Positions 60,640-64,000 of a stretch of DNA of 64,000 nucleotides are shown one piece after another. The notes under the pieces are model-generated. The model did not search any database. It saw only the letters and a list, made by a program, of their open reading frames with translations, and had not been told where the DNA came from. This DNA comes from Gemmatimonadales bacterium. Lineage in GTDB: Bacteria > Gemmatimonadota > Gemmatimonadetes > Gemmatimonadales > GWC2-71-9. A program made the translations under genes and the position numbers. Position 1 is the first letter of the stretch. Each line of letters starts with the position of its first letter. Location of the stretch: positions 32,001 through 96,000 of the forward strand of contig JBBQFH010000001.1 of the NCBI GenBank assembly GCA_038321865.1, written 5' to 3'.

Positions 60640-62499
60640 TCAATTGAGGAATTCCCAGCGGATCCCGAAGGCGTTGCTGTACGACGGCATCTCGAAGCCG
60701 GGCACGTAGACATGGGTCGATCCGGTGATGTTCCTGGCATCCCAGTAGAAGGTGAGCCGGCCGATTTCCATCTGCACCAGGCTCCGCAGGAAGTTGCCGG
60801 CCGGCAGGAGGACGGGTCCGCCCGCCGGATCGACGCCGAGGCTGCCCGCCGACCATCCCTCGACGCCCAGCTGGAGCTTCAGCTCGAAGTAACCGCTCGG
60901 GAATTCCCGCAGAAATTTGGATCGGATGGTGCCGTTCGCCATGTAGTGCCGTGGCGGCTGGCCTTCGACGGGCGCGCGCGGGTTGCTGAGCCAGCCATCG
61001 AGCACCAGCCAGCGCCACGGGGCGAGGTGGCCCGCCACGGTCAGCCATTCGGTCCGCCCGTGGGCGCTGATCGTGGCGATGCCCGGATACGGCTGGTAGG
61101 CAAACGGCTGGTAGGCGTTGCCCCGCGAGTATGTGGCCTCCGCGCCGATCCAGCCGCGCTCAAGTGCCGCCGAAAGCTGCACGTCACGAAGCAGCTGGGC
61201 CGTATCCGTGATGATGGACGGAGCGGCGACCTCGCTGCCGGCGCGCACGGCGCCGCCGATGGAGAGTCCCAGCGGCAGCGTGAGGGAGGCCCGCGCGCCG
61301 GCCCACCGGGTCGTGCGGCCGCCGAAGTGATGCTGGAACACCGCCTCGCCGGATGCTGTCAGCAACGCCGTCGGCGACCAGCCCAGCCAGGCGCGCGAGT
61401 CGAACGAGGTCCACGCCCCCCGCCGGAACGCCGATACCCCACCCGTAAATGCCGCCGCGCGAATCGACGCGACGCCGCCGAGCTGATTGACTTGCTGGGT
61501 GATCCCGGCGCTGTCCCAGCCGCTTCGGGCATACACGAGATCGAGCCGCGGTCCGCTGCCATCTGCCTGCTTGCCGAACGACGCGCGCAGCTGGGCATCC
61601 GTCCGCTTGCCCTCTTGGCGTTCCCCGGTGCCGCCCAGCGCGGCGCTGAACGCATCGCGGTCGGTCGATGTCCGGACCAGCTGATATTGCAGGCCGAAGG
61701 TGGCCGACGGCACGTAACTGCCCTGCACCCACAGCCCGTTGCTCGTGAAGTTGCCCACCCCGCCGCCACTCGCCGGGGCCCGCACGTAGTCCCCTGACGC
61801 GACGACACCGAAGCCCGAACGGAAGCGCTGCTCAATCTCCCCGCCATAGGTCGCGAGGCCGTCGGACCCGGTGCCGGCGGCGATGCGTGAGCGCGGGGCG
61901 AGCCGGTCATGACGACGGGTGTACAGTCGCACCTCAAGCCGCCCAGGCCAGCGCTCCACCTCGACGCGATCGAGAAAATTCAAGGGAAACAGCGACGGAT
62001 CCACCGCCAGGCTGTCCGGGCCCATGGCGACGTACGGCATGCCGTCCAGGAGATACTGCACGGACGTGGATCCGCGGCCCTGGAAGTTGGCGGGCTCCGG
62101 ACGGCCCCTCCGTCCCCCGCGCCAGATGAACGCGCCCGGTATGCGCGCGACCAGGTCGCCCACAGTCGCCGCGTTCACCCATTCGATCGAATCGCGATCG
62201 AACACCGTGCGCGCGAACGTCGGCTCCGGCCCCGCGTCGGCCAGCCTCGGCAAGACCGGCAGCTGCACCTTCGTTCTCGCCTCAATCTCGGCGTACCGCT
62301 CATCGGCGCTCTGGGGTCGCTCGCGGGCGCGCTGCGTGCCGTCGCCGGCAACGGTGGTGTCGGTGACACGAGTGCTGTCGGCCGGTCGCGGCTTCCGCCG
62401 GGCCTGCGTCGAATCCTGTGCCGCCGCCGCGCCGGCGCCCAGCGTTAGCAGGGCGGCGGCGAGGAGAATCCTCGTCAGAAGCTCAGCCCTGTCGGCCAA
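60640..62499 (-). CDS. outer-membrane protein with TonB-receptor-like plug domain and beta-barrel
   Basis: Signal peptide; plug-like TVGDLVARIPG...YLLDGMP...LDRVEV; amphipathic strands ending FGIRWEFLN; exact start uncertain. Confidence 0.7.
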   Translation of the reverse strand: MADRAELLTRILLAAALLTLGAGAAAAQDSTQARRKPRPADSTRVTDTTVAGDGTQRARERPQSADERYAEIEARTKVQLPVLPRLADAGPEPTFARTVFDRDSIEWVNAATVGDLVARIPGAFIWRGGRRGRPEPANFQGRGSTSVQYLLDGMPYVAMGPDSLAVDPSLFPLNFLDRVEVERWPGRLEVRLYTRRHDRLAPRSRIAAGTGSDGLATYGGEIEQRFRSGFGVVASGDYVRAPASGGGVGNFTSNGLWVQGSYVPSATFGLQYQLVRTSTDRDAFSAALGGTGERQEGKRTDAQLRASFGKQADGSGPRLDLVYARSGWDSAGITQQVNQLGGVASIRAAAFTGGVSAFRRGAWTSFDSRAWLGWSPTALLTASGEAVFQHHFGGRTTRWAGARASLTLPLGLSIGGAVRAGSEVAAPSIITDTAQLLRDVQLSAALERGWIGAEATYSRGNAYQPFAYQPYPGIATISAHGRTEWLTVAGHLAPWRWLVLDGWLSNPRAPVEGQPPRHYMANGTIRSKFLREFPSGYFELKLQLGVEGWSAGSLGVDPAGGPVLLPAGNFLRSLVQMEIGRLTFYWDARNITGSTHVYVPGFEMPSYSNAFGIRWEFLN

Positions 62500-63967
62500 G
62501 CACCAGCTCGGTGCAGAGTCGCACCCCGACGCCGGTCGGCCCCTTCACGCGGGACGGATCGTCCCGGTCGCTGTAGGCCGTGCCCGCGATATCCAGATGC
62601 GCCCAGGGAAACTCGTCGGCGAACTCCCGGAGAAACCAGCCCGCCGAGATGCTGCCGGCCGGCCGCCCGCCGCTGTTCTTCATGTCGGCAATGTCGGACT
62701 TGATGAGCTCACGGAACTCGTCCCAGAGCGGCAGGGGCCAGACGCGCTCTCCAGCCCGCTCGCCGGCGGCGCGGATCGATTCGATGAGCTTCTCGTCGGT
62801 GCCCATGACCCCGCTCGCGGTGTGCCCGAGCGCGATGACGATGGCACCCGTCAGCGTGGCGAGATCCACGACGCAGGCGGGCGCGTAGCGCCGCGCGTAC
62901 GACAGGGCGTCGCAGAGGATCAGCCTGCCTTCGGCATCGGTGTTGATGATCTCGATCGTCTTGCCGAGGTGGCTCTTGATCACGTCGCCCGGCTTCATGG
63001 CGGTGCCGGAGGGCATGTTCTCGGTGCTGGGAATGAGGCCGATGACGTGCACCTTGGGCCGCAGGCGGCCCAGCGCCTCGAAGGTGCCGAGCACGGCGGC
63101 GGCACCGGACATGTCGTACTTCATGTCTTCCATGTTCTGCGCCGGCTTGATGGAAATGCCGCCCGTGTCGAAGGTCACTCCCTTGCCCACGAGCACGATG
63201 GGCGCCCCGGGTGCCCCCTTGTATTCGAGCACGATGAACCGCGGGTCCTCCGCGCTTCCCTGGGCGACCGCCATCAGCGTGCGCATCCCTTCGGCGATGA
63301 TGGCCGCCTTGTCGAGGATGGTCACGGCGATCCCGTGGCGCTTCCCGATCTCGACGGCGATCCCCGCGAGATAGCTTGGTGTGCAGACGTTGCTCGGCAG
63401 GACCTGCACCCCGCGCGCGAGCGACTGTCCTGCAGCGAGCGCGGCTCCGACCCGATGTCCACGTTCGAGCGCGGCCTGATCCTCCGGCGCCAGGACGTCC
63501 ACGTGCTCGAGGATCGCTCGCTTGTCCTCCGGCGGGAGCTTCATGTCCGTGAAAAACCACGCGCCCTGGCCCAGGCCCTCGGCGATCGACTGGCCCGCGT
63601 CCACCGCCGCCACGCCGCCACGCGAGTCCGCGCCTAGATGGATCGCGGCGGCCGCCACGCCGATGGTCCGGGCCCGCTTGGCGCCGATGGCGGCAGCGCG
63701 ACGGATGCTGCCCCGATCCACGTCGGCCGGCTTGCCGAGGCCTACGAGCAGCACCCGGGCTGCAGGGCCCCCGGGATAGAGCAGCGCAGTCTCATCCTTC
63801 TTGCCCGTGAAATCACCGGACGCGAGCAGACGCCCGATTGCGCCGCCGCATGCGGTGTCTACCGCACCGATTGACGCCGGCATTGGTCCCTGCGGGACGG
63901 GGAGGACGAGCAACGGCGTGGCGAACGCGGCTGGGGCATCCGGGCGGACCGCACTGTCGAACGGCAT
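62483..63967 (-). CDS. pepA: leucyl aminopeptidase (M17)
   Basis: GKGVTFDTGG, MKYDMSG, NTDAEGRL, WAHLDIAGT. Confidence 0.96.
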   Translation of the reverse strand: MPFDSAVRPDAPAAFATPLLVLPVPQGPMPASIGAVDTACGGAIGRLLASGDFTGKKDETALLYPGGPAARVLLVGLGKPADVDRGSIRRAAAIGAKRARTIGVAAAAIHLGADSRGGVAAVDAGQSIAEGLGQGAWFFTDMKLPPEDKRAILEHVDVLAPEDQAALERGHRVGAALAAGQSLARGVQVLPSNVCTPSYLAGIAVEIGKRHGIAVTILDKAAIIAEGMRTLMAVAQGSAEDPRFIVLEYKGAPGAPIVLVGKGVTFDTGGISIKPAQNMEDMKYDMSGAAAVLGTFEALGRLRPKVHVIGLIPSTENMPSGTAMKPGDVIKSHLGKTIEIINTDAEGRLILCDALSYARRYAPACVVDLATLTGAIVIALGHTASGVMGTDEKLIESIRAAGERAGERVWPLPLWDEFRELIKSDIADMKNSGGRPAGSISAGWFLREFADEFPWAHLDIAGTAYSDRDDPSRVKGPTGVGVRLCTELVLGRQG

Positions 63968-64000
63968 GGGAACTCGGCACGAGAGGGAAAAGACGAGCTG

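Overview
High-GC bacterial chromosome segment, most likely Gemmatimonadota (inferred from gene content and order, not from a search). It is a densely packed core-metabolism region with about 60 genes, all on the minus strand except dcd and an M1 peptidase. In coordinate order: ispF (truncated by the window edge); futalosine menaquinone genes mqnC/A/E; fabF-acpP-fabG-fabD-fabH-plsX-rpmF-yceD; ndk, sucDC, carbamate kinase, a divergent UPF0182 protein and a PMM/PGM; a complete 14-gene nuoA-N operon; dcd; secreted M1 and M28 peptidases; an uncharacterised three-gene envelope module (His/Met-rich outer-membrane barrel, small Ig-fold lipoprotein, Ig plus His-rich LVIVD propeller lipoprotein); sdhBAC-mdh; trmL, moaA/E/D, HU/IHF, carA, secG, tpiA-pgk-gap; comF, aroE, a YwlE-like phosphatase, tsaC, ispD, radA, dnaB, udg, coaBC, rpoZ, gmk, yicC; a short TonB-plug barrel protein and pepA. 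I saw no tRNA, rRNA, CRISPR or mobile element. Best leads: (1) the putative metal-handling envelope module at 35955-39110; (2) a Rex-like operator just downstream of a sigma70-type promoter for the nuo operon; (3) MqnE with a CX5CX2C radical-SAM motif; (4) a YwlE-type arginine phosphatase in a Bacillus-like gene context; (5) three promoters whose -35 box contains the upstream gene's TGA stop; (6) structured leaders of mdh and arcC. Many start codons were corrected by eye from the ORF track.
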